DNA from: Azolla caroliniana
Taxonomy: Eukaryota > Plantae > Polypodiophyta
DNA length: 64,000 nucleotides
NCBI GenBank assembly: GCA_043228905.1
Contig: JBHGNT010000017.1
Coordinates: forward strand, 2,914,001 to 2,978,000
Direction: 5' to 3'
Positions 35,501 to 48,500 of the stretch are shown here, piece by piece. The notes under the pieces are model-generated. The model was not told the origin of the DNA and searched no databases. It saw only the letters and a list, made by a program, of their open reading frames with translations. The position numbers and the translations under genes are program-made. Each line of letters begins with the position of its first letter. The first letter of the stretch is position 1.

Positions 35501-37843
35501 CTCGTATCGCTTTCAGCTTCTTGCCAGATTCCCTTTCCACTCTCGCGTGGAGTTCTTTGAAGACGCACAACACTTGGTCCTTTGTCTTCAGCGGTGCCGT
35601 CCACAGTTTTCGGCTATGATCATCTATGAATGTTACGAAGTACTGGGCTCCGCCATGTGACTTCGTTTCTACCTGACACACATCAGTGTGCACCAACTCC
35701 AATGGTGCGCTACGTCTCGTCGGTGGCCTTGAGTGGAAGGAGGTTCGGTTCTGCTTACCGGCCAGGCAATCGGTGCACTTCTCCAGGTGCACATGCTTCA
35801 CTGGAATAAGGTTGTCTTCTGCAAGCCTCTTCATCCCCTTCTCACTCATGTGACACAGTCTCTTGTGCCACAGCTCACCGGCAGTGTCGGCTGCCACGTT
35901 CAACTCTTCCGGACACAACCAGGCATTCATAAGGTACAGTGTGTTGACTTTCCGGGCCCGAGCCACTATCAGGCTCCCCTTGCTGAACTTCATTACGCCG
36001 TTCCGGATGCTACCTGTGTAGCCTTCATCGTCTAGCCTCCCGGCCGAAATCAGGTTCAATCGAACCTCCGGAACGTGTCGGACATCCTTCAGCAGCATTT
36101 TGCATCCGGTCGAGGTTGTCAACCACACGTCTCCTATGCCGGCAATCCAGCACGTACCTTCATTTCCCATCCGAACACAGCCATGCTCACCGGCTGTGTA
36201 GGATGAGAAGTATCTTCTCTCCGGGGTCAGGTGGAACGATGCTCCGGAATCGACCACCCAGGTCGTCTCATCGCCGGCAATGTTTAGTTCACCTTCTTCG
36301 GTGATGAGCATGATTTCTTCCTCACTTGCCGTGAGTGCCGTCGTTCCTTTCCGGTCCTGCCCTCGCCGATCCGGACCTCTCCAGTCCGTGGCTCCCCGGT
36401 ATGCACCGTTTCTCTCCGGTGACTTCTTCGAATCGGTGTCGTCGGCTCCGTTGTCCTTTCGGTAATGCCGACAATTCTTCCGGAAGTGCCCCGGCTTCCC
36501 ACAGTGGAAGCATGTGGGTCTTCCTCTTGACTGCGACCGGGTCCCCGACTTCTCCCATCTTTGCGGACTCCGGTTCCATTGTCTTCCCCGTTCCGATTCG
36601 GTAAGCAGCGCCTTCGAGTCGGAGGCCGGTTCTTTATCTCTCCGACGCGCTTCTTCGTTCAAAATACTTGTCTTTACCGTTTGTAGGGACAAGTTATCTT
36701 CCGTGCAGGAGGTGCTAAGAGTCACCACCAAGTTCTCCCAGCTTTCCGGCAATGTACACATCAGAATGATGGCTTGCATTGCATCCTCCAGCGGGAACTT
36801 GATCACCGCAAGCTGGTTCACGAATCCCATGAACGTGCTTACGTGTTCCACCATACTCTCGCCGTCCAGGTACTTGAGGTTCACTATCTTCCTCATCAGG
36901 GAGGTCCGGTTCAACGCATTCTTCCTCTCGTAGAGGCCCGACAGCTTCCGCCACATCTCATATGCGTTGATGTCGTTCGCCACATGTTGTAGAACGCTCA
37001 CGTCGACATATTGCCGAATGGTTGCAATGGCTTTCCGGTTCAGAAGCCTCCATTCTGACTCAAGTACCCCCTTCGGTATTTCCGACCTGTCAATCGGTTC
37101 GTACAGGTCCCGAACAATCAGAAGATCCTCCATCTTGATCTTCCAGTCGGCGTAATTCTGCGCATTCAGCACCATCATCCCCGGCTGCCCGCTGCCGCCG
37201 CCTTCCATTTTCTGCAGCAGCCCGCTCTGATACCAAATTGATGGAAAAATCGACACTTTCCAAACTCCACCTCTCGGCCACAACCAAGGAAACACACGAA
37301 TCGTTGTTGCAGAAAATGGGAAATGCAAAAGTAAATAAGTGGACACACGATTTAACGTGGAAAACCCTGTAAGGGAAAAACCACAGGAGTACAAGACTCC
37401 GAACCAAAACTATGCACAGAGAAATATACAATGGCGAGCTGCAAGGCGACGACCTTGAGCTCGCTGTCCTCGCCACAGGCGGCGGAATTACACAGAGGCG
37501 TCGACCTCTTCCTCTCTCACGCTCTATCTCTCTCACGGCTGCTCTCTCTCTTCACTCCTCTTGAGTGGAAAAACAGAAAAATGAGTAGCAACATTAAAAC
37601 TGTTTGCCCTAAGTCATATTTATACACATATGACTTTAGGGCTATTTACAACTATAGCCTCAAGGGCCCTTGGTAAACATATTCACAGATATGTCCCCGC
37701 ATCCGGATCTCTCTCCGGGTACATTCGTCATCCGGCTTCGAAGCCGGGGTCTTCATCATCCGGTTCCGAAACCGCAACCGGGCTTGTCGTCATTCATCTC
37801 CGACATCCGACCATCCCATCCGAAAGGGACCGTAAACCCAACA
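32520..37843 (-). mobile_element. Full-length young Ty1/copia 'D' (605-bp LTRs 32520-33124 and 37239-37843)
   Basis: TSD CCTTC both sides; 2 LTR differences seen; PBS 37224-37235; PPT next to 33125. Confidence 0.97.
33135..37208 (-). pseudogene. Copia D gag-pol, single frame with two TAG stops (34239, 33510)
   Basis: CFHCGKPGHFRKNC, VVDSGAS, RADNGGE, YVDDML, TDSDM; stops sit at expected Gln codons. Confidence 0.93.
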
Positions 37844-40222
37844 CCTTCTTCCTTCGGTTGACTCTGTCCTTCTTGACTATGTTGCCTTTTATTCTTCCCT
37901 CACCGGCGCAATCGGCAGTGTCTTTGTCTCTACCCGTTCCGGTGTCTCTGCAGTGTGGCATGTCGAGATGCTGAACACCAAGCATGTCGGTAAAGTGCTG
38001 CAACTTGTCCGATCCGAGCGGCTTGGTGAGGATGTCGGCAACTTGCCGATCCGTGTGAACATACCGTAGTTCAACTTCACCGCTCAGGACCCGCTCACGC
38101 ACAAAGTGATAATGCACTTTTTTGTGCTTCGTGCAAGCATGGACCACAGGGTTCTTGGCGAGTTGCATGCTGCTTATGTTGTTGCAGTAGACCAAAATCA
38201 GGGTCGGTACCTCGATCTGTAAGTCTTGCAGCAGTCATCGAAGCCAAATGGCTTCACAGGTGGCAATGGTAGCGCCCCGATACTCAGCCTCAGTGCTCGA
38301 CAGAGCAACTGTTGGCTGCTTTTTGCTGCTCCACACAACAACCGCGTACCTAGGGAAAACATATAACCGGAGGTTGATCGACGATCTAATGCATCGCCAG
38401 CCTAGTCAGCATCCATGTAACCGACGAGCTCTTCGGTTATACCTCGCTAGTATAACAGTCCCCGGTCCTTCGTGCCGCTAGCGCGCACTGAAGGTGTTCC
38501 ACGGTCGGCTTCTGCATGAAATGACTTATCATTCCGATCGGATAGCTGATGTCAGGGCGTGTGATAGTCAGGTAAATAAGGCTTCCGACAATTTTTCAGA
38601 ACCGTTTCTCGTTGCAGGCTGGTCCGGAGTTGGGACGGAGCTTTTGGTTCCTGTCCAAGGGTGTGGAGACAGGTCGGCATTCTGTCATGCCGAACTTATA
38701 CAACATATTCAAGACATAATGTCTTGTGAGAGTAATATGCCGTCGGGGGTTCGGATCACCTCGATCCCAAGAAAATAATGAAGGTCCCCCGTGTCCTTCA
38801 TCTCAAATGCGTTCGACAACTGGGACTTGACGCGGTTGATTTCTGGAACACCTGGTCTGGTGATGACTAGATCATCCATACAACAATATACATACCGGAC
38901 CGGCTGAGCCTTGCCAGATGAACAATGAAGAGTCCGATTTGGAGGCCACAAACCCCATCTTACGCAACCGGTCCGTGGTCTTCGCATTCCAAGCTCGAGG
39001 GGCTTGCTTCAGGCCGTACAACGACTTCTTCAGCCGGCATACCGCCGACTTGTTCATCTCCGATTGAAAGCCGGGGGGCTGAGTCATAAAGACTTCTTCT
39101 TCAAGATCACCTTGAAGAAATGCATTCTTCACATCCATCTGATGAGGATGCCACCCCCTTGCCGCAGCAACCGCCAACACCACTCGAACCATCGTCATCT
39201 TCGCTACAGGAGTGAAGGTCTTGTCATAGTTGATTCCATGGGTCTACGCATATCCCTTCACCACTAATCGGGCTTTATACCGGTTAACCGAACCGTCAGC
39301 GTTGTACCTTACCTTGTATATCCACTTGCATCTGATTAGTTTACAGTGACGAGGAGGGTCAACCGGGTCCCATGTCTTGTTGACATCAAGTGCCCACATT
39401 TCTTCTTCCATAGCGGCACTCAAATTTGCGTCCTTGGACGCTTCTGCGTAGCTCTCCGGCTCACGCACTTCCGCCACCCTAGTCATGTACGCATAGTGAT
39501 GCGCCATGTACTCATTGTACTTGTACCGCTTGACGGGATCCTTCTGGCGGGTGGACCGACATAACTCACTGTTACCCGGTTTGAGGCCCTTCTTGGCCGG
39601 TTCGGTCTTCGTTGGCGAAGATCCGCCTTTCTCCTTGCCGGAGTCGGATGCACATTGATCCGACTCATCGTTGCCGGTTTCGAATTCCGGCATCTTCTTC
39701 TTCCCCTTCTCTTTGCGTGTGAACCGTCGCCTCGGTTCTTTGCGCGGGGAGTGCACGGTAGAGTCTCCATTACTCGCCGGTTCCTCATCGGATTGGTCAG
39801 ATTGACTCAGTCTCTCGTTTGACCCGCTCAACCGGAATGATTCCGGACTATCATCCTGAGTCCACGCTTCATCATCCTCTACGAAAATCTACGAAAGATT
39901 TTCGCGACGAACACAACCGCAAGAAGGGTTCAACTCCGCCAAGAGTTGAACAACATTCAACAACGGGCCATGTCCATCACGACATACACCTTGAAGATCA
40001 AAGAGGTTTGCGAATCGCTTGGCTCAATAAGCGTAAGTATCAATGATGATGAGATGGTGCAAATATGCCTCGGCGGCCTCGCACCACGGTTCGGCGCAAT
40101 GCAAACCGCCGTTCTAGCAAGGGAGAAATCTCCCTCCTTCGAGCTCCAATCAATGCTATTGGTCGAAGAAAACCACGTGCGTACAAGGAGCAATGAGTCG
40201 GAAGGCCACATGCATTACACGC

Positions 40223-41453
40223 TGTCGTGAAGATTTTCGGCAATAGTGTGAAAATCCCATAAAACGTACGAAATCGAGTATGAATCACATAATACAATAA
40301 TTGTGAAGATAACATTTTAAATAAATTTAATATCTAAGTACAAAATGATGGAGGTTTCGAATGCACTTTATTACACGAGAAACGGACAACTAAATGTCAA
40401 GATATGAGGGTATAAAGTTTGTGAAAGGAAAAGAGAAAATTGTGAGATATCTCACATAGGCACGACAAATACGGCTCTCATCATATATAAGGTAGAGCAA
40501 AAGATATTATCTTTGTGTCTATGTGTGGAGCATAGAGAGTTCAAGGTAACTTGAACTAAGAGTGGAGGTGGGCTAGCTACTCGTAAAGGGTTTTGGCCAA
40601 CCAAAATCGGACCGGCGATGGAGCCGGTGATCCGGCGCCAGTGAGATACCGGCATCCGACGGCAATCCGGCGACGGCGAGGTGACGGTATCCGGCAACGG
40701 CATCCGGCAACGGTGAGATGACGGCATCCAACGGCAACTGGCACCGGTATCCGGCGTCGGTGAGACGACGGCATCCGGCGAGGCACCAGTAACCGACAAC
40801 ATTCGGCGAGGCACCAGTAACCGACGGCATCCGATGGCATCCAGCGAGGCACCGGTAACCGACAACATCCAACGAACTGGCATCCGGTGACTAGATAAAT
40901 AAATATATAAATAAATATACATATACAAGGAGGGCGAGTAAGGATTCGAACCTTGCATCTCCGAGTTAGGAGTAAATTGGCTTACCATTAAGCCATGCCA
41001 TTTAGTTGAATTTATATTTCTATCATTGTACTTTTACATGTAAATTCTCATACATGAGAGCTAAAATGAGTGACATGGTTATCATGCACCACATGTAATA
41101 CATAAGCGCCAAATGGCAAACATGCATTTTATGAATGTCTTGTACCCTCACATGCATCATATGCATGAGAGCATCTATAAAAGAAGGAGGGGGGAGGAGA
41201 AAAAACACGTTATTTTTGGGTTATGAAATTAAGAAGAAGAAATTCGTTATCAAATTGATCGTGTAACTTGTTTCTTAAATCCAAAGATAAAAGTTCAATC
41301 AATCTCTCTCAATCGTTTAATCTCAACTTCTCTCTTTCCCAATCTATCTTAAGTACTTTCTCGCCAAAGCTTGTACCGACTTTGAATCCTTCCGGTCAAG
41401 AACCCCGGCGGTTCCGCCTCACGATCCGTGCGTAGTGACGGATCTTCACGACA
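40223..41453 (+). mobile_element. Gypsy solo LTR (family of 9789-10997)
   Basis: TGTCGTGAAGAT...ATCTTCACGACA; TSD ACGC at 40219 and 41454; splits copia C gag. Confidence 0.95.
40931..41002 (-). ncRNA. Second copy of tRNA-like Pol III cassette
   Basis: A and B boxes identical to the 10256-10309 copy. Confidence 0.7.
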
Positions 41454-43827
41454 ACGCACTCGAACGGGGGAAGAGGACGCGGACGAGCGAGAGGCCGATT
41501 CAGCCAAGGAAAAGGCGGATGAGGTCCGACCTACCACAACAACTCCCAATTTCGGCCGCAAAACGGAAGCCAACGAGGAACCTTTGCAAGAAGGGGGAGC
41601 TTCCACTCCCGCCCGAGCCATCAAGACACAACCGAATGCGGATATTGCGGAAAGCTTGGCCACCATGAAGGAGAGTGCTGAAAGAAGATGCGTGAATCGG
41701 CTTCCACAAGCCGACAACTCACGAATTACGCGCACAATTCTGACTACGAAGAGTATAGCGGAATGTACGGGCACAACTCCGACTATGAAGATCGTGGCGG
41801 AATGTATGCACACAACTCCGACAGTGGCAGAATGTTCATGATGAAACATAGAGCAAACTCTATGTCGGCCTCTACCTCAACTAATGCCTCCGGTCCGGAA
41901 GACGTATGGTTCGTCGATTCCGGTGGCTCGAACCATATGACATCGCATCAAGAATGGTTCCTAGAACTTCCAGAGCCGGATCGACCCGACTATGTTGAAA
42001 CCGGAGACGACACTACGCACCCGATTCGGCACATCGACAATGTTCCGTTCGGAAAAGAAGGTAAGCAAAATTACATTAAAAATATCTTGCATGTACCGAC
42101 CATTACGAAGAATTTGGTCTCCGTCGGCCAAATTGTAGAGCAAGGGATGCAAGTTCGATTTAATCAAGGCGGTTGCTTCATTGAAAAAGAGGGCTGACTC
42201 ATCGCACGCGGATGAAGAGAGGGCCGAATGTTCATTCTCGACTGATAGGAGATGAAATCGGCCATGTTCGCAAAGGGCATGAAAGCCGACTCCGACATAG
42301 AGCTATGGCACAAGCGAATCGGCCACATCAATCTCAACAAACTCAAACCAATGAAATCGAAATGAGTCGTCCTTGGACTTCCGACATTCAAAGTGAAGGA
42401 GATTGAAGGTGTATGTGAAGCGTGCCAATTCGGCACGCAACACCGACACCGATTCCCGATAGAGCGGAATGTGAGCAAAGGTCTACTCGATGTAGTTCAT
42501 TCCAACGTATGGGGAGCGGCGCAGACGGTGTCATGAAGAAAACTGTCCCTAGGCGGAAACCGAGTTTAACATCTGTAAACCGGCCCTTGCACGCGAGCGC
42601 ACTTTTCGTTGTATAGTAAGTAGGTAGGTACAAGTCGGCTGAGGTGAAATCCTAGGTAGCACGCATTCAATAGAGAGAGAATCGAATTGTATCTCTGTCT
42701 GAAAGGACAGAGAATTATTATGATGTAACGGGTGATAACGGCCTCCCTCCTTGGGCTATAAAAGAGAGGGAGAGGAATGAAAAAGATATCGCGCGTTAGA
42801 GAGGACGAGGTGTTGCCGAGCCCTTCTTCTCTGCCACTCTCCATAGCCATTTTTGCGCAGGCTTTCGGGAGGTTGACTCTGCTCCGCGGAACGCCCGTGT
42901 GCTTCCGGCAGAGACTCCATCTCGCTCTTTTGTGTGGGTGTGTGAACAAGTGTCGGTGTCCGCCTTGCCGGCCTGTTAGTTGTAACCGTCTTGATATATA
43001 TATACATTTATATACATACGTTGTCGTGAAGAATTTCGGCCAGAGGCGAAAACTGGGAAACATTGGCTACATCGGCGAGGTGCAGCGTGTGTACGCACCC
43101 ATGTACATTTAGTGTGAATATCGAGGGCGCCTTTATGGCGCCGAAGAGTAGTCAAGTCGGGACAGACGATCCCATGAAAGTCGGGATTTGTCCCACATTG
43201 TAACACATCCCTCTCCTGGTTCTATAAAGGGAAGGGAACGCCCTTTGTGGAGGGGTTGCCCATTTTGCATTAGAGGGTATACCGTTAGGTTTAGAGTTAG
43301 CTTCTTCTTCTTCTTCCCCTTCGTGTTCACTTAGGGTTTGCTGTAGCTTATCTCCTGTGCAAGACCCCGCTCGGCGCGACGAGCCCGAGAGCTCCCCGAC
43401 GGCGGCTTGGCAGTAGACGACTACTGTAACCTACCTCGGTCCAGCTCGAAGCCGGGAATGTATTCTTCTGTTTATACATATATATATGTTTGCGTCTATC
43501 TGTGTATATTCACGTCTCTGTTGGTGTCGGGTGCTTCCCCTTTCCTGCGTTTCCTGTACATAAGGGTGTGAGTCGGGTCGGCATGTGCGTGTGTGTGCGT
43601 GTGTGTGCGTGAGTCGGTGTTAAGCGCGCGCTCCCTCTCTTTCTCTCTCTCCCTTCGGTCGCTTCCGGTATGCTTCTGAGATGCCCCGGGAATGGTGAAG
43701 CCCGACTTCCTACACTCCAACACTCCCTAGTCCAAGACCCCCGTGGTCCCGCCCTTCTACACACACGCGTGTAACAACGCGACATCTTTGGTGAACCCGA
43801 CGTGAAGGGCGGCAAGGGAGCATAGAG

Positions 43828-45246
43828 ATGGAAGAAGACTTCGACTTTGCGGAGATAGTGGCCGAAGTGGTGTTGGAGTCGGCACGAGTGGTGATGAGGC
43901 GAGAAGCGGTGCAACAAGCGGTTGAGCAAGTGGTCAAAAGAGTCGGCCGTTTCAACGGGGACAAGGTCCCATCTTACTTGGAAACCTACAACGCGGAAAT
44001 GGAGGAGCGTGGCATAGACGAGGCGTTGAGGCTAGAGTTCTTCTGTCGGGTCGTGGCTGTCCGGATGCATGCGAAAATAAAGGAGCTCTGTGAGGCTCAT
44101 AGTTCGTGGGAGGCCTTCGAAGAGGCGCTCCTGAAGGCATACGCAGGACGGCGGAAGAGCCGGGGACGACACGACTTCGACCAGTGGGTAGCATCGGCAA
44201 AGGCCCACCGAAGTGCGACGAAGGCGTTCCGGGAGTTCGAGCGAGGACTTGCTCGGCTCTCAGAGCGGGAACAAGGTTTGGTGGGGGCGGACAAAGTCCT
44301 TTTGTTCGTCAGGTCGATCGACCGAGCGGAATGGGAAGCCATTGGGATTGAGCTCGAAGATGATGATGGAGCGAATGGGCTTACAGAGGACTGGGCGAAG
44401 GTCGGAAGGGTGTGCCAACGGCTAGACAACGAGCGAGCCGAGAAGGCTAAGAGGAAGGTATGTGACGGCGTGCCATCACAGCGGGAAGAGGCCGAACGGC
44501 AAAGAGAGTCGGCAAGGGTTGGCGTTGGGGCCAGGATTGCGGAGGCGTACACAGCGCTCAAAGCGATGCTCGAGGAAGAGGGAGGATCGAGGCCAGAAGC
44601 TAAGACCGAGGAGATGGACTTGCCCCACGCGACGGCGGAAGATCGGTACGACGGTATCATGGGAGAGGGTGCGGAACGAAACGCCCTCTCGACTTGCGGA
44701 GATAGAACGGCCAAGGACGCGGAACCGGATCATTGGGACCAGCGGTCTCGGGCGTGTCAGCCCAAGATCCCGGTCATTGGAGAAGCACGCCCAGACGGGG
44801 CTTGCGCGATCGGAAAGAAGAAGACCGCCGACCACGAAGAGTCGGTGGCTACGGACAAGGGCGAAGAACGGACGGGCGATTCCTTGTGTCTTCCCACGCT
44901 TGCTCCCGAGACGATGGCAGTCGGGCCCGAGTGCCCACGTGAGTCCCAAGCGGAGGAAGGCGGCGACGAAAGGGCGAGAATCACCGGCGAGACGATACGG
45001 GGAAGGAGCGGACGAAAGCCCACGGACCCGATTCCGGAGAACTCGGCAATTGGGCCCGTATGCCCATGTAAGACCGAGGAGATGGATGGCGGTACCGAGG
45101 AGTCCTGGCACATTGCCAGCGAAGACGGATGGGAAACGGCCTGCGAGGAGGCCGAGGATGGACACGGCACGAGGGGATCAGCATTCCGATACGGGTGGAG
45201 TGTGATCCAGTCGTGGATCGTTCGATCGGGGCCGGACTCGGCATGA
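43828..45246 (+). CDS. Gag capsid-like protein with long low-complexity tail, no CCHC knuckle
   Basis: GRFNGDKVPSYLETYNAEM..WEAFEE..LEDDDGANGLTEDW aligns with GQFDGRNVTKFLDAYRREM..WSEFEK..LEDDTQANGLVADW of 7973-9727. Confidence 0.82.
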   Translation: MEEDFDFAEIVAEVVLESARVVMRREAVQQAVEQVVKRVGRFNGDKVPSYLETYNAEMEERGIDEALRLEFFCRVVAVRMHAKIKELCEAHSSWEAFEEALLKAYAGRRKSRGRHDFDQWVASAKAHRSATKAFREFERGLARLSEREQGLVGADKVLLFVRSIDRAEWEAIGIELEDDDGANGLTEDWAKVGRVCQRLDNERAEKAKRKVCDGVPSQREEAERQRESARVGVGARIAEAYTALKAMLEEEGGSRPEAKTEEMDLPHATAEDRYDGIMGEGAERNALSTCGDRTAKDAEPDHWDQRSRACQPKIPVIGEARPDGACAIGKKKTADHEESVATDKGEERTGDSLCLPTLAPETMAVGPECPRESQAEEGGDERARITGETIRGRSGRKPTDPIPENSAIGPVCPCKTEEMDGGTEESWHIASEDGWETACEEAEDGHGTRGSAFRYGWSVIQSWIVRSGPDSA

Positions 45247-45570
45247 AAGTGCCGATACGGAAGGGGGTGCAGGACAAGCCACCCTCTTTTACATGGGGAG
45301 AAAGACCGACCGGGCGAAGGTCGAGATTGGAAAGAGAATGAAAGCCGGTCCTATGGGATTCCTTACACCGATCCGGCTGCAGGCCCGAGGCCGGCGTGAG
45401 TCCTATAAGAGAGATCGGTGGCGACAGGAGAACGGGACTCGGCAATCCGGAGAAGGATGAACGGACCCGGATGAGGACCGGGCGGAGTGGACTCCCGGAT
45501 GACCATTCCGGGAGGGAGGAAGAGAGCAGGCCTACGAAGAGGCCGAGGACACGGTACGTCGGTACCACGG

Positions 45571-48500
45571 TGTCGAATACAAGTGTATAATGGACGTATT
45601 CACACTATCCCTTTGTATAGCTCAAGTTTGGGCCATTTGTGTAATTAGCATAAATGGTAGTTGCCCTAAGTTTGTCACTATATAAAGTGACCTAGTAACC
45701 TTTTTGTAAGGTTGGTTGTATTATTGTTTCTATTGAATAGAAAGAGTCTTGTGTGCCTCCTCTCTCTCTCTCTCTCTATCTCTGTGCACGATCTTGGAAA
45801 CTGTCATACGCAGGTACTCAACCCCAATCGAATGCTACTTGATCTTCCGCATTGACGGCCTTGTCTTCAACATTTGGTATCAGAGCCAGGTTCCTCAACC
45901 CGCTGTCGGCCGTCGTCTCAGCCTGCACAGCATTCGGTTCTTCGCGTCATCACAGCCTGCACAGTATTCGGCCTTTCGCTTCATCCTAGTCTGCAAAGCA
46001 TTCGGTTTCCTGCGTCATTCGAAGAAAAAGAGAAGAAAGTAGGCAAACACAAGCTTGAATCTCGCTGCGTTAGATCATCACTCGGAGTAAGCCAGTCGGC
46101 TGTACTCTACTTCCTTGATCGTAACTGCTTGAGGTGGGCTTCCTGCACAACGACGACTTCATTGACAACGAGTTCGTGTTTCATTCGATTGGACAATAAT
46201 CGGAAGGACCAGTCGGTTCCATTGCTCTCACCGTTGCAGTCAACCGAAACCGAATCGGCTTGAAGTACTGTCGGATCGTTAAATCTAGGTTCAACTCGAC
46301 TAAGACAGTTGTCGGTAGTCAATCCGAACCAAATCCCCGATTCTCCGTAATCAACATCACTTGTGTCCAACTTCGGCTAGAACGACACTGAGTGGGCCAA
46401 ACCGCTGCACTTCACCAAAGTTCGTAGCCGACTTAGGGCAGAGTCATGACATCAACATCCGGCTCGTCAGAAATGAGTCTACGAAAGTTCGATGGATCGA
46501 ACTTCAACTTCTGGAAGGAGCAAATGCAGGACTATCTCATAGTCAAGGGGCAAATCGATCCCATCGAAAATGAAGAACCTCCAGAAGGATACAAACCAAT
46601 TGAGTGGCAGAAGCTGGACAGAATCGTCCGCGCCACGATTCGGATGCACCTATCGGAATCGATATACTTTACGGTGCAATCGTGTACGACAGCATTCGAA
46701 CTGTGGAAAACACTGTCTGACACCTACGAAAAGAAGGTCGCTGCAACGAAGATGTTTCTGATCCGGCACCTCTACAACTTGCGGATGAAAGAATCAGACT
46801 CGGTTCAAGCACATCTCAATGAGTACGAAAGCATAAGCTCCCAAATCTCATCTCAGGGGACGGCAATCGAGGATGAACTCAGACCAATGATACTCATGAG
46901 CAGCCTTCCCTCATCATGGGAAACTTTCGTCACAACCGTGTGCAACGCGTCAACCACGGCTGTTAAATACTCCGAAGTCACGAGCGCAATCCTGACCGAA
47001 GCAGCTCGGAGAAAGTCTTATGTAGTACAAGGTTCGACAGACCGATCGAACATACGAGGAAGAGATTCCTCACGGCAGCCGAACAATCAGCGAAGACGGA
47101 GCCAGTCACGGGATAATCGAATCTGCAACTATTGTAAGAAATCCGGACACATCAAAGCCGACTGCCGCGCACTCAAGAACAAGAACAACAAGTCTCAGAA
47201 ATCAGACAAGACGAGTGGCCGGCATGAGGAGATCAATTACGTCAGCTTCTCACCTGATGTGCTACCAAACGACCCGAATATACTATCAATCGAAAATCCA
47301 GTCGGATCAGAAGTTCTGCTCACGACTGAAGAATCGAGCACATGGCTCTTAGATTCGGGCGCGTCATTTCACGTGACTCCTCATCGATCCCAATTTCGGC
47401 AATATACGATCCGTCACTCCGACTCAGTTCGAGTCGGCAACTCGCAACACTGTGACATCATTGGAATCGGCACGGTAGAGCTCAACCTTGCAGGTGGCTC
47501 TACACTTGTACTTCACAATGTCCGACATGTACCCGAGCTCTCAAGGCCATTGATCTCAGTCGGACAACTAGATGAAGACGGCATTCGTGCCGGTTTTTCT
47601 TCGGGAGGGTGGACACTCCACAGGGGGAACCTCCTGCTTGCTAGAGGACCCAAGATACACTCACTATATCCGTTACATGTTACGCTCAGAGAGGGTAACC
47701 TGTTTTTGGTGGATATTCCTGTGTCATCACTATGGCACAGAAGATTAGGACACCTCAGCAAGGCCGACATTACGCACCTATCTAGAGCTGGATACATCCC
47801 TAAACTCTCCTTCTCGGATCATCAATTCTGCGAACATTGCCAGTATGGCAAACAAGCAGCCGCATCACACCCGACATCAGCACCAAGAGAAACGAGACCT
47901 CTCGATTTAGTCCACTCGGACGTCTGTGGCCCAATGCCGCATCAGTCTCTCGGCGGTGCCTCTTACTTCGTCAGTTTTATTGACGATTCGACTCGAAAGG
48001 TGTGGGCTTATCCAATTCGCACCAAAGATCGGGTCTTCTCGATCTTCACCGATTGGCTCGCTATGGTAGAAAATCAAACCGACCGAAAGCTGAAATGCTT
48101 TCGGACAGACAATGGGGGAGAGTTCAAATCCGAAGAATTCGTCAAATTCTGCCGACAACGCGGCATCCGACGTGAATTTACGGCACCACACAGCCCGGAG
48201 CAAAACGGGATTGCGGAACGAATGAATCGGACAATCCAAGAACGGATAGTTTCCATGCTCCAACACTCCGGACTGTCGGATGGCTTCTGGGCAGAGGCTC
48301 TACTCACGGCAGTACACATAATCAATATGTCGCCAAGCAGACCTCTATGACTTCAAATTCCTCAGGAACTATGGATCGGCAGTAAGCCGAATTACGACAA
48401 GCTGAGGATCTTCGGATGCGAGGCGTACGCCCTTATTCCGAAAGATGATCGCCGAAAACTTGCACCTCGGTCCAGGAAATGCATTTTCCTTGGATATGGA

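Larger units (their letters stand above)
31684..39889 (-). mobile_element. Copia 'B' 3' half (3' LTR 31684-32083, PPT 32084-32092, RT-RH 37849-39889), 5' half deleted
   Basis: QMDVKNAFL, SLYGLKQAP, ADILTKPL; LTR related to copia A. Confidence 0.9.

Noticed and set aside
45566-45570. Copia TSD CACGG as support for CpG targeting
   Set aside because: 5-bp copia TSD, the only one of eight copia flanks with CG; consistent with chance.
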